From Phyllosticta citribraziliensis (Eukaryota): DNA of 64,000 nucleotides. Of the stretch, positions 13,801 to 25,949 are shown piece after piece. How positions within the stretch are numbered: position 1 is the stretch's first letter; the number at the start of each line of letters is the position of its first letter. Both the position numbers and the translations under genes were made by a program. The notes beneath the pieces are model-generated. The model worked only from the letters and a program-made list of their open reading frames with translations. It did not search any database and was not told the origin of the DNA. The DNA is taken from assembly GCF_038025025.1 (NCBI RefSeq), contig NW_027117338.1:744001-808000 (forward strand), given 5' to 3'.

Positions 13801-16772
13801 TCACCACGTCGTCGGGCCAAACGTCTGGCCCTCGGGCAACGTCTTCTGGATCGCCGTGCCCTCGTAGTCCATGGTGTTGATGACCGTGTTGCCCCACCAC
13901 TGCGGCGGGTCGATCTGCGGCAGCAGCAGCGCGAAGAAGATGACAATGGTGCTGAGCGCGAGGCCCGAGTCGAGCGCCGCCGACGTGATGTAGCTGGACG
14001 AGCCCGGTCAGCGAAGACTTCTTACACAACGACACGTAGGTGAGCGAGAGACGGGGGAAAGGACTCACTTGTACGTCATCCACCAGCCCCGGGCTCTGCG
14101 GCGGATCAGCCGGTTGAAGACGAGCCCCACGATGCCCCAGGAAAAGTAGATCAGAGGCGTGGCCGGAGGGATGTATCCCAGGTTGCCAAACATCACCGGT
14201 GCGTTGAGGTAGCGGGCGGGGGAGTTGGGGAAGCGCCGCGCGAGGAGGTAGAAGACGATGGGCAGCAAAGCGCCCAGGAGCCAGAACCACTGCAGTTGCG
14301 AGTAGATGGCGCCTTCGGAGAACATGCGCTTGGCTGTGGACGACACGTGTCAATGCATGCTTTCTGTGATCGAGGAGAGAGGTGTTGTAGAGGTAAACTC
14401 ACGGCCGATGGCGCCCCAGATAATGCTGGCGTTGAAGAAGACGCGCCCGTTAGGACACGAAAAGCGCGCCGATTGATCCGTTGCGCAAATGTCCTTGATG
14501 GCGCCAAACGCCCAGTCGAGCACGGCAATTTGGACAATGCTGCCCCATATTGTCGCGATGCCCTGCCCCCAGAAGAGAACCTTTGGGGGGACTTTCATGT
14601 AATGGGCCATCTTCAGGTCCTGCGTGTACAAAAGGCCCTGGTACATGGTGATGTAGCCGAGCGTCTTGAAGCACATCATGGCCAGAGGACGACCTGGCAG
14701 TATGTACCCGATAATGAACTCGGTGAAGACGTTCAATCCCTGTGTCGTGTCAGCTCTGCTCCAGCAAAAAGACGTCTAGACCAGTGGACTCACAATCTGA
14801 ACGTTGGTAATGGCCCAAATCTGGCCAATTGGAACAAACCACACCGCGCTGATGAGAATGGCAAGGATGTAGGCCCACCAAGTCAACTCCTATCCGCAAA
14901 TCAGCCTTGCCTACTGCACCCAAAACTCTCAGGGACACTTACGGTAGGGTAACCCAAAACGACTCCAAAGCCGCCGCCGAAGAGGAAGAGGAAGAGCAGC
15001 CAGAACCACCAGTCGGGAACTTCAGGATACCTCTTCATGAGCCTCATGTGGACGTCGTCTTCTTGGTTGCGAGCGGCCTTGGCCCGATACCTGATCTCCT
15101 TCCAGTGGTACAACTGCAGCGCGTCAATTTCTACATACGTGTGTTCCACAATTGGCAGTGACTTACAGCAGTGTGGACGATGGTAGAAATGATGGTGGCG
15201 AAGCTCAGACCGTAGCAGAGCGCAAAAGTGGTCGACTAGCACGAGTCAGCCGACATCCACAGCGATCAAGCAACCACTACTGACCAAGAAAATCGGAGAG
15301 TAGGCCTTGTACTTGGCCTCGTCAAACTGCAGATCCGGGGTCAGAATCTTGGTGACATTGTACTCGGCGCCCGTGTTGTCGTAGCTGTTGGAGTCGCTCA
15401 TGGGCAGGTACTCCGAGTACCACGCGCCCGTGTAATGGATGCCAAGAGAGGTGAGGATGACGAAGACGATGAGGCCGATGAGCGTGTTGGCAATGGCGTG
15501 CCAGGGGGGCACCAGCGGCGAGAGAATGTACGACGTAATGTACGTCCAGTCGAACGTGATTGGGATCAGACTGAGCCCACTCGTGCCGCCGAATATCTGG
15601 TTGACCACCACGTTGTCTGCCCCTTGGTTAGTCTGGCCCCGCCTACGCATTTGAAGGACTCACTCGGCTTGATCCAGGTCACGAACGCAAAGATGCTGAG
15701 GCCTTGCCAGATGAATCCGGGAAACCAGTACCAGACGAAGCCGCCGGCGAGGACGTACAGGAACCAGCGGTATCGCGAAATCTTCCAGCCGTTGGTTTGA
15801 GAAGGGTCCGGCTTTTCTAGGCCGCGGCGGTGCAGGGCGTAGAAGAGGGCGCAATTGGGAAGGCAGACGGGGAAGATCATGGCTGCCGGATAGACAAGGA
15901 ACCGACGGAAGCTCCCTGCAAGTCCGAAGCCAATGGTCTGCGTCAACAAGGTAAAGAGGAGGTTGAAGCCCCAACCAAGATCTTGAAGCAGTCAGCCACG
16001 TATGTTCAATCATCTAGAAGCGTGGAGAAACTTACCAGAGTGGTAGAATCCACGAAGCGCTTCAATCGTGTCTGTACTGTAGGCAACGCCATTGCCAAAA
16101 GTGACGTTGGCCATGATGGTGATCAAAGTATGCTCCTTGACGTTGAAAGGCCCTGGGTTTAGATTGAATCGCAAGCGACCAATCTTGAACCCGCGATCTG
16201 GCAGGGTCTTCTCCCATGCCACACCAAGCGGGTAGGAGACACTGCGAGTGTCAGTTACCTTCCACCGACACCCCTGGATGGCACTTACAGCTGGGCGACA
16301 AGCGAGCTCACAGTGATGCTGGGGCTGCGCAGAGAAAACAGCATATTCAACGCACTTCCAATGGTCACCATGATCATTCCCAGAACCCACGCGCGAACGG
16401 TTCCGACGGGGAGCGTGTCATCGTCAGTGCCGGGCACGGCGGAGGCGACTTCGGGATACGGAGACGTCTCCTCGAGCTCTCGCTCTATTTGGATCTCGGC
16501 CTCGATGTCTCCTTTGTTGACAGCCGACTCAATCGCAGCGCGCTTTTCCTCCTCGAGGTTGGGATCCCAGCTGACACTCATTAGCCATGGAGCAACTTGA
16601 AGGACGGTGCTCGGGAAAAATACCGGTGCAAGTCTGAGAAGGTCTTCAGCTCGGCCTCGGCCTCGACGGCTTTGATCGAGGTCGAGGTGGCCTCAGGCGT
16701 CTTTTGCTCCATCGACGAGTTCACCACATCGTCCGTGTCGCGCCGCTGGAACGGCCGACGAATGCTGGGCAT
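13801..16772 (-). CDS. OPT-family oligopeptide transporter (Isp4/OPT1-like)
   Basis: SPYPEVASAV, NPGPFNVKEH, LNVFTEFIIGY, KMAHYMKVPPK, IIWGAIGPKRMFS, YNYITSAALDSG, ending FGPTTW-TGA. About 9 GT-AG introns. Confidence 0.96.
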
Positions 16773-16905
16773 CTTGAACAGAGCAAGGTCACTTGGAGGT
16801 GCGGGCAAGAGGGAACATGTGCAATCAGAGAACTCCTCGCAGCAAAAGCGACTTGCACATTTCTATATGTATACTCCGCCTTTTACGAGCGGGTAGACGG
16901 GGTAA

Positions 16906-17514
16906 GATAAGTTTGGCGCCTATCAGAGGTATCATGCGACGTGATGGGTGCCATTGGACAGAGGCGATAAACAGCGACGAGAATAACGAGAGCAAACAAC
17001 CTTCTGGAACGCGGTCCGTGTCCCTCAAGAGGAAGGAGGAAAGACCGGGGGCGCACACGCGAAGCCTGCGAGCAGCCGATAAGGCGGCGCAAAAGTGTCG
17101 TCAGTGCCTTTAAGGTGCGTGCTCGGTAGATTGCCTTCAGCCATCGTGTGCCGCTCTGGCGTGGTGAAAAGGTTTGGCACGCAAGAGGACAGGTGATTGC
17201 CCATGGCAATATGCTCCCGGAATCATTGCAGCGCTGGCACGCTTTCAGGCTGCTAGACGCCGGAGTCTTCTGCAGCCTGCTGGCACAGATCCCCCCGAAT
17301 TTGGCGCTGTGATCAAGAGCCCGTGATGAAGCCAGATGCAGCTCCACAGACGTGGAGAGCGGATCGTTGTCGACGGGGTGGATGATCATAGCCACAAAGG
17401 GCCGGTCCAAGACGAGACCTAATCAACAAGCTTTGGCGGCGAGTCTTGCAGCCACAAGCGTGCTTGGCCAGCGGCCCGGTCTCAGTGGGATGGGACAACG
17501 GCATCCTTGATAAG
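16906..17514. promoter_or_regulatory. Cluster of GATA(A/G) motifs upstream of the OPT gene; putative AreA/NIT2 sites
   Basis: GATAAG at 16906, 17078 and 17509; GATAA at 16966; reverse-strand GATA at 16921-16924 and 16930-16933. All lie within 750 bp of the OPT ATG. Confidence 0.45.
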
Positions 17515-19671
17515 AAGAGCTTGTCCGTCTCCACGGGTGTCGAGTGCCGCACGGTTTAGGTCTTGGTCTCGGTACTACGCTGCACACTGATTCGGGACGA
17601 CTGCTGGTGGTGGTGTGGCTACAGAACCGATGAATGCAACGCTGCATGAGTAGAACGGCAGATCAGAGCCTCGGTATGGGACAATCGTCGTAAGCGCGTG
17701 AGGTGGCCGGTGCCCTGTTCATCGGCCCTGGTCGATTCCCTTCTCCGCTTCCCCAGAAGCTGCTCGTCCGCAAGAGGGCGGCAAGGCGGAAGACTGGAGA
17801 GCCAACTCTCGCGGGCGGATACGAACATGGCCGGTGTCGATGTCGGTGCTGTCGGTTGTGGTGCGGTGCAAGCGTGCCCGATACGGCATCAAAACCCCGC
17901 GCGGGAAAGGCGCCAAAAAGTGTGTGTTGGCGTGAAAACACCAAAACCATCGCGTCGATACCTCTGACCATCAGCAACGAGTCCGACTCTTCACCAACCT
18001 TTCGCCACCACATGAGTGATCCGTCGTCGTCATTCCGCCCTCGTGCATCTCGCCCATCCACAACCACCTCGCTTCGGCCTCTGTCCACGTACTCCCTCTC
18101 TTATCTGCCCGCGCCGCACCGAGAACGCGGCTCTTGATTGCCTTCTCTGCTTTTTCCACCTGCCCATCAAGCAGGTAGGTATCGTTCCTCCGGCGCCACC
18201 AATGAATCCATCTCTTTTCCGGCCAAGTTGAACGCGCATAAGGAAAGGTCGGCACGATCGGAGAGAAAAGAGAGATCCAGCAGGCCAGGGTGCCAGAACT
18301 TGGAACTACCGCCGTCAACCATGCGGGTGATCATTGTCAGTGTGCTTTCAGAGCAACTGACCGTAGCAATGGACGCAAGTCGGCGTTGCGTACGTCGTGG
18401 ACACGGCCGGCAGTTGCCAGCCTGGTAGTTACCGGGTAGGCAAACGACAAAGAGAAGCAGCACAAGTGAGAAAGACGTAGAAAAGAAGAGGGTAGACGTG
18501 CAAATAAGGTACGAGAATCAATCTCTAGCTCACCCGCCGCCAGCTGCTGCCTATTTTCCTTTGCTGTCCCTCCGCAGTCTATCGGTACGGTTCCAGTCAG
18601 CGGGGAACACGCCACGCGTAAGCAGAAGCACTGCATCCGGTTCAAACTTGCTCGCCGGCTGCCAGACGCTGCATGCTTTCTGACTCTATCTCCCACGCTC
18701 ATTCCCTCACTCTCCAAGATCATGATTCCCACAAGGTTAGTCACGGGAGAAGACCAAGAGAAGTTTTGCTTCCCGCGCGAATCTGCGAAATAAAAGACAT
18801 CTCTGAACCAAGCTCCGAGCTAAGCTCCCGCTTAACATCATAAGCTTTGCGGGTAACCGTATCGGGCAAAACGAGGGCGAATTGGCAGGGGGCTATCGAA
18901 TGGGCCTTGGTCGCCGCATGCACCCGCCTCTACATGGCCAGTCAAAATTTCATCCTCAGAGCACACTTGATGCTCCCATGGATGTTTTCCGACGCAATCC
19001 TAGAACGTGGATAAAGACATTTGTAGTGCTCTGTGATTGTAGTAATCGACCCGCCCTTTTCTTCGTTTCTTTTAATGGTCGTATCAGCCCGCTTGGGCGC
19101 GCACGCAGATTGACCATGCGCGCCATTCTGTTTCCACATACCAAGCAATGCCGTCTGTCGCTTCACCATGCTATGCTACACCGACCCGCAAATTCCCCGT
19201 CGCCCTCTTGAGCCACTCAAGAAAGAGCGCCGAAGCGCCCAATGAATCCACCGTACTGGCTCGCCGACGCCCTGTATCAACCATCCGCCCACCCATACCG
19301 GCCGTAAGTTGGAGAAGGAGAGGGAGAGGAGTGGATGTAAGAAATCAGAACAAAGAGCCGAAACAAGTGTCGTTGAGACACGATGAGTTGAGTTGAGTTG
19401 GACTCAAAATCCAAGAAACAATGTCGATGTCTTCGGTTCCGCGGCCGCAATGGTTGTTGCCACGCGCACATGAGGGGAAGCTGTTGTGCCCTGCAAGCCC
19501 TAGCGCAGTTCACCGGAGTGTTGTTGTTATTGTTGAAGGTAAGTGCAAGACTGCTGCGTCGTAACGGTGAGCAGGCAGGAACTTGAGAGATTTGTGAAGA
19601 GCACTTCAACAAGGCATCGAGGCGGGACATGGAAGTGGAAAGTCCGGCCTGGAACACGCGTGTGGTGGAGA

Positions 19672-21834
19672 TCAGTCGATTTTGGCGGCAGCCAGCTTGG
19701 ACGACGGATTCGTGAGGACGTTGGAGAAGCGGAGGTTGCTTCGTTTGTACTTGCTGTGCTTGCGGAGGCGCTTGCGGGCGACCATGACGGGGACGCTGGA
19801 CTTGGTGACGAGGTAGTTGGAAAAGGAGCCGAGCAGCACGCTGTCTCATCGTTAGCATTCTTCTGCCGAATCTGGGGGGTGCACTCGAGGTCGGACGGGC
19901 TCCCCATACGGAGGAGGGTAAATGTAGTTAGAGAAGCGCCGAACCCTGACGTGTCATCAGACGCATGGGTGGAAAAGACAATTGACACTCACCCTTTCAG
20001 CGCGCTGCGACCCCGTGAGCCGAGAATCACCAGGGTCGGATCGAGAAAGTCGATCTACAATTCGAGTCAGCTCCATCTCCACAAATCTGAGCGGTCGACT
20101 TACCACTTCAGTAATCATGTGTTTGGGACTCTTGCAGTGAAAAACTTCTACCACAGCGCGGACTTGGAGCCTAGTCTTGCGCAGCAACGACACAATGCGG
20201 TCACTGACTTCGACCGTTGCATGCCAGCGCTCGCGCTCAGACTTGTCCATCTTGGAGTAGTCGGGTGGTTGCTCAGGCTCGTCGTTGAGGTTGACACTGT
20301 TGGCCAAAGGCGAAGGTCCTGCAAGCGTATTGGCTTTCGAGCGGCCATCGTCGACCAGCCTTTGGTCGTTTGATAGTGTCTTCATGAGCTTGGCCGTGTC
20401 CTGCATCATCTTGGCTCCTTCACCAATGCCGACCGAACCAGACTCGCCACCAGTGCCGGTCTCTTCGTCGACTGCGTACACTGCAAGCAGCGTATCACCA
20501 TCTCGCAAAACCGTGCCTATTGTCCACTCCAGAGCGTACGCGGCTTCTTCACTGAGATCGGTGGCAACAAGATACATGCGCTGGCGGCGAAGGCCCTTTT
20601 CGGCCTCTTGCTGCATGTCAGCATAGTCACCGCGGATGATTTGGCGAATGCAGCGATGTGCCTGGGGTGTGGACGTGATTGCTGACATGGACATGGCCAT
20701 GCGTTGGGCGTGCTTGATTTCGGAAATGTCCGCCTCGGTATCCGACGTCATTGGCGTAGATAAGCCAGAGCCGCCCGCGTCGAAGTTCGTGACTGGATGG
20801 ACTGCCTTTTTCTTTTGGCTCATCTTTTCACCATTGGGTCCGGTGACGGTGATGCTCGGCTCCAGCAGTGAACGGACCTTGTAGTCGCTCGTCATTCTTT
20901 TGCCTGGTAGTTGTGTCAGTGGCAGCAACGGCCTTTGGGCGGTCGAGATTGAGCGGTCGAGATACTCACGGTCCTCTTCAGCGGCAGCAAGTAAGCTCTT
21001 CGGTAGCTTATCCTTAATAGCATCTTTATCGGTCTCGTTTGAACTTCTTCTCCTCCTTCGGCCCCTACCCTCAAACTCGTCTGCATCAGAGCCCTCGCTC
21101 TCTTCGCTGCTTTCAAGCGCCTCTTCATCCGCATAATAATCCTTCTCCAGGCGGACTCCCCCGTCCGGCAACGGTGAGCCCTGTCGTTTTGACGACCCCA
21201 AATGGGCCAAGCTACCTCCGGACCGGGCCAGGGCCGCATCAGACAGTCTGCGGTAGGCACTGTTCATGTCGATGGATTTGCCCGAGTCAGTCACGTACTT
21301 TCTCGGATCCGACATGAGGGTGATATTGTTGGGAAATCTGCGAGCTCCAGGTGAGACGGAGCGGGCGCCGAGTCTGGATACGGGCGAAGAGGACTGATTT
21401 GTACCCAGCGGACTACGCAGCATGTTTGTGCTCTTGCTCTTCTTTCCTCCTTGAGAGACACGCTTCGGCAGAGCATGCGACTCTATCGACGGCAGCATGT
21501 CAAACTGATACGAGCTTTCGGGATCGCGACTGCCGGTCAACGGACTGCGTGTCCGTGACGACCCGGACGGCGAAGCTGTATCCAGCATGCTGCGGACCTG
21601 TCGAACCTCCCGAGCCTTTTGTCTTCGTTGTTCCTCCTCTTCCTGCTTCTTCTGCTCCGATGGAAGGATGAATTTGGCCGTGTGCTTGTCGCCAATGTCG
21701 AGCATACTCCGCACGGGTGACCTGGGAGCGCCGGGACTGCTGGCGCGGGAGTTTGCTTGTCGGCCGCGATTGATGCCCTCGAGTATGTCCATGACGGCGC
21801 GGCGCTCCTCGTCCATTGCTGATTCGAGAGACAT
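19672..21834 (-). CDS. Universal stress protein (Usp) domain protein with long disordered N-terminus
   Basis: YLVATDLSEEAAYALEWTIGTVLRDGDTLLAVYAVD; PKHMITEV|IDFLDPTLVILGSRGRSALKG|VLLGSFSNYLVTKSSVPVMVARK (Usp GSRG..GS motif). Stop TGA at 19672-19674; three introns. Confidence 0.93.
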
Positions 21835-23497
21835 GATGGCGGTGTTGGGTTGGGCGTGTCGAGGCTGTCGTGGCGGGGCAGGCGGCGGGAGGACAAATGG
21901 GACAAAGGCGGGGCACTGAGGTCGGCAGCGGGGCGACGTGAGATGGACAGGTGTGGTGGAGGAGAAGCGTGCGGTTGCGCAGGTTGGAGATGTCCGCAGG
22001 GATGGTCAACGGTCTTGATTGCGGGCGACGGCAATGATGTTCACGGAGCGGTCAAACCAGCCGAAGAGACCGGGGGGAGAGCCGAATGTGGAGAAATTAT
22101 GGGTCCAGCGAGCTGCCGAAATGTGTAAAATCTCAACCCCAGAGAATCGCGTGTTCTCGGGGGTGGGTATTTGAGGCTGGTGGCGTGAGGACGTTTGATC
22201 GAGCGGGAGAGCAGGCGGGTGAGGTGTCTTGTTGGTGGTTGTGGGTGCAAAGTCGAGGGTCAACCGCTGTCGGTGAAGAGCATCAAGTGGCCAGATTGGG
22301 CTCGGACAAACATGGAGGAGGGAGAGGAAGCGCGCGCTGTGGAGAGGCGAGACGTGGGCAAAAGTAGCCCATGTGCTGTGGTGGAGAGGGCGGAGTCGTT
22401 GTTCCTCAGGCGCGCCGCGTCGTTGGCTTGGCGGCAACGGAGAGAGCAGTTCCCAGTCGTCTCGCGTGCCCGAAACGTCGACTGACGAGAAAAGACACCA
22501 CCACCTCGCCCACAGCCACCCGACAGCCACCCCCAGCTTTTCGCCTTGGAAACCTTCGCCCACCCCACTCCCGTCGCCGTAACCTGCTGCGAACTCGATC
22601 ATGACCACTCTCTCTGCACGATGCGCCATCCTTGGCGCCCAGCTTTCCGCGCCTGCGCCCATCACATGCCCTTGTTCTGCAGGCTTTGTGGCGGAACGAC
22701 GGGCATCCATTCCTCTCCCACGCAATTGACGAATGGGAGCCGTCTCGCTCAGCAAGCTACACCTTGCTCAACCCGAAACCATTGGCGGCTAGCTCGCGAG
22801 CTGACAGATTGTCGTCCCGCTCTCACCACGGTGACTTTTGGCGCCAGCTCTTGTTCTGTGCCGGGCAGGCCGTGTGAGGGGCAAGCTACTTCTGCCCAGC
22901 ATCGTGACCAAACAAGCTTTCTGCCATTCTCAATCTCGCCCAGCCAAATCTTCGAGAAGACGGGCCTCGGGCGGAACAACCATGCCCATCTGCGAGACCA
23001 CCAACGCAACCAGTCGCGAGGCGCTCAGGACTGGAACATGGCCTACGCCACCTCACAGGGCAGGCCAAAGAGACGAACCAAGTCACAGTCGTCATGTCAG
23101 GCATCTCGCCGATCTGTAACGGGTTTCCCCACATGCGGCTGCGTAGGTAGGTGGGCTCCAGCCGCACGTGGCTCTCGCTCCCTTCCGCTGTGGAGACGTG
23201 GTGTGACGCTGCCCATTGCCATCATTCAAAATGTACACGATATACATACGTTGAGTGCCGAGATACTACCACCTATCTAGCTTGCAAAGACTGCAGCGAA
23301 CCAGCCATGAAAAGAAAAAGAGAGGCGTGACTAGAACAAGTCTACCCGAAAGATCTGACGATGCACCAAGAAAGCGGAGCCCGTGTACTCCATCTGATGC
23401 TGTTTGCATGACCCATCCATCGGCCTCTGGTCCAACGCCAAGCAGAAGAAAGTGAAAAATGATACCCAAGAAACCTTGAAAGAAAAAACCAATAAAT

Positions 23498-24517
23498 CTA
23501 GGTGCCCGTTGCACCCTCGTCTCCACCCACTGCGCCAGCTTCCCCGGATTGTCCATGCTCGTGGTCCAGCTCCCCATTACTTCCAACAACCTTTCCCACC
23601 AGGTCCAATCCATCCTCGAGTCTTCGTAGCAGTGTTTCCAGACCGCTGACAAGATCTCCCCCTGCTCCCCTGCGCACTTCGTCCACTGCTTCTTCCTCGA
23701 CCGATCCGCCCGTGCCTCTTCCTCCACTTCCTCGTGTTGCCATCTCCAGTCCTTCGACTCGCAACATGAGTGCCCCTGACCCACCAGCATCATCGCCCTC
23801 TTCTGTGAATGTAGGAGCAGCGCTGATGGACGTCGAGATGACCTGCCACTCGCGCGACAGGCTTTGTGCTTGTGTAATGGAGCGCGCGTCTGCCGACAAG
23901 TCGAGCACGACGTAGCGATCTTTTTGGCCCGGCACCGACGGTGGCAAGATGGGCTGTGGAGAGGCGGCAGCGGCAGGGTCAGACGACTCGTCGTCTTCCT
24001 CTTCGTTGCCGCGCGCGAACCCACTGCGATGGCGGCTCGTGTGGCGAGCGCTGGTCACGGCCGACGTATCTCCTAGCGCGCGCGCGAAAATGGCCGTATG
24101 AAGTTCGGGATCATCGTCGGCGAAGACGTAATGGACCGATGGATGCTCAGTATGGCCGGTTGAGGCGTCTTCGACGAGCGTGAAGAAGGGAGTGAAGTTG
24201 GCCGGTGGAAGGAGTGTTTGAGCTTCGGCGGCTGGATCTATTTGATCTGGATCGATGATGCGGTGTGCATCACGACCAGTCTCTTGGGTAGAATGTGGAG
24301 GTATGTAGTCAATGTCGAGTGTCTCAGCATCGCCTGCTGCGTGGCCGTAGTCGTGAGGATCATTCGAGTCGTCGGTGGAGGGGCCGGGGGCGGCTCGGTC
24401 GTGTGGAGTAGAGGACGAAGGCTGGGTCACCGGGTCGCTATGAGGAGCGGATTCCTGATGGACAGGCGATGGCGAGAGGGTGGCATGCGGGAAGCGTGGT
24501 GAGGTGCCCGCAGACAT
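23498..24517 (-). CDS. Intronless 339-aa protein; candidate divergent Atg31
   Basis: Long ORF with ordered blocks FFTLVED..HPSVHYVFADDD, RYVVLDLS..ITQAQSLSREWQV, LMLRVEG and a C-terminal amphipathic helix LETLLRRLEDGLDLVGKVV. The coding call is solid; the Atg31 identity is inference. Confidence 0.8.
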   Translation of the reverse strand: MSAGTSPRFPHATLSPSPVHQESAPHSDPVTQPSSSTPHDRAAPGPSTDDSNDPHDYGHAAGDAETLDIDYIPPHSTQETGRDAHRIIDPDQIDPAAEAQTLLPPANFTPFFTLVEDASTGHTEHPSVHYVFADDDPELHTAIFARALGDTSAVTSARHTSRHRSGFARGNEEEDDESSDPAAAASPQPILPPSVPGQKDRYVVLDLSADARSITQAQSLSREWQVISTSISAAPTFTEEGDDAGGSGALMLRVEGLEMATRGSGGRGTGGSVEEEAVDEVRRGAGGDLVSGLETLLRRLEDGLDLVGKVVGSNGELDHEHGQSGEAGAVGGDEGATGT

Positions 24518-25003
24518 TGTGGTGGGCGGTTTGGGAGCTTTCCTTGGAGCTGCAGCTTTATCGATAACTCGGCCGATGAGCGAGGGTGTTGGTCATGGTT
24601 TCTTTTAACACGTGATGGTGGGTTGCGGCGTCCGGGTCAAGGCTTGGTTTTGGGTTGATGTTGAAGAAGCGTGGGTGTGGAGGAGGAATGGATGGACTGA
24701 TGGTGACCTGGATGGATGAGCGTCAGTTCCAGGGTCTGGCCAGGCCCGCAATCCCTCGACGTCCGACTTGGCCCATCAGGAATCCTGTCAACGGAAGCAA
24801 GCGAGGTCATGCGCACCGGTTACATGATGTGGCTTGAGGCGAGCACGACGAGTCCAACGTAGAGGATGTTTTGCAAGCAGGCAGACGTTTAAAGCTGTAT
24901 CAAAACAAGCGACCAGGGGGTATAGTTATATCCATGTCCACCAACCTAACGCCAAGCCAAGCCAAAATGGTGCCTGTGGTTCTGCTCTGGTCTCATGCCT
25001 CGG

Positions 25004-25430
25004 TCATGCTTTGACGGTAAAGGCTGTACATGTTCCTTGGTGTCAGCTTCTACTGGTCCCACCCATGGCTGCAAGACGTGAACCTACGCTGTCGACACAT
25101 GGGGCATTTTGCCTGCGAAGCCTCTTGCTTGAGCCAGTCCTCGATGCAGTGCTGGGGTGGGTTAGGAGGACAGCGCGTCGCGAGTGAGCCAGGGTCTTAC
25201 CATGTGGAACGAGTGGTTGCATTGGCCCATGACTAGAATGAAAAAGAGGGTCAGGTCAGTCGGTCGTGTCTGGTGTTGTTTTCCTTACGCAGCGGGCAGC
25301 CGTCGCCGGGGAATTTGCACTTGGCACAGGTGCTGTCGTAGGGATTGCGACAGATGCCACACATGTCGTCCTGCGGCATGTCCCAGCGCCAGGCTGCGAC
25401 GGCGTTCCATTGCTTGATGGTGACCTTCAT
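25004..25430 (-). CDS. APC11: Anaphase-promoting complex subunit 11 (RING-H2)
   Basis: Four small exons give MKVTIKQWNAVAAWRWDMPQDDMCGICRNPYDSTCAKCKFPGDGCPL..MGQCNHSFHM|HCIEDWLKQEASQAKCPMCRQ|PFTVKA-TGA. Confidence 0.95.
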
Positions 25431-25949
25431 GGCGGTAGAGCGGAGACTGGAGGTGGCGGGGGTGAGAGTGGAGGAACTAAACCAAGGGCACATGTAGGTA
25501 AACACTCTCCCTCAATCGGGCCAGATGCCGAAGGCGGTCAGTCTCAGGTCAGAGCCTGGGGGAGCTCCAGCCCCCCTGCTATGACGCGATCCTCGACAGC
25601 AATCACCAAAAACAATGCAATCCCACTCTGTGCTGGGCCGTCATAAGAGAGCCGCTTCACTCAAGCTCTTCAGCTTCAGCTATAGCTGTCGTTCATCCAT
25701 CCCGTGCCATTGGCCAATTCAAGCTACATAGGTAATCGGCGCTTCTTGCGGTTGCCCCTCATTTTCAAAAAGGCAAGCTTCCTTCCTTCCTTCCTTCTCC
25801 GCCCGACTTTTCGCGACTTCCACAGCTCCGAAGCTAGGAGCTCCTGCCTCCGCTCTTTGCTTCCATAGCTTCCATTCATTCTTCACTCCACTCGCATCCT
25901 CTCTCCACTCACCCACAACGACTGTACCAACTTGAAACTAACCGCCAGA

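Noticed and set aside
17515..19671. ~2 kb gene-free stretch with many short ORFs; considered a hidden gene, riboswitch or ncRNA
   Set aside because: No coherent exon chain, TPP-aptamer motif or snRNA/tRNA signature found by eye. A lncRNA cannot be excluded.
21900..23280. 244-249 aa ORFs on both strands upstream of the USP gene
   Set aside because: Arg/Ser/Pro/Cys-rich with no domain character; consistent with promoter and UTR sequence.
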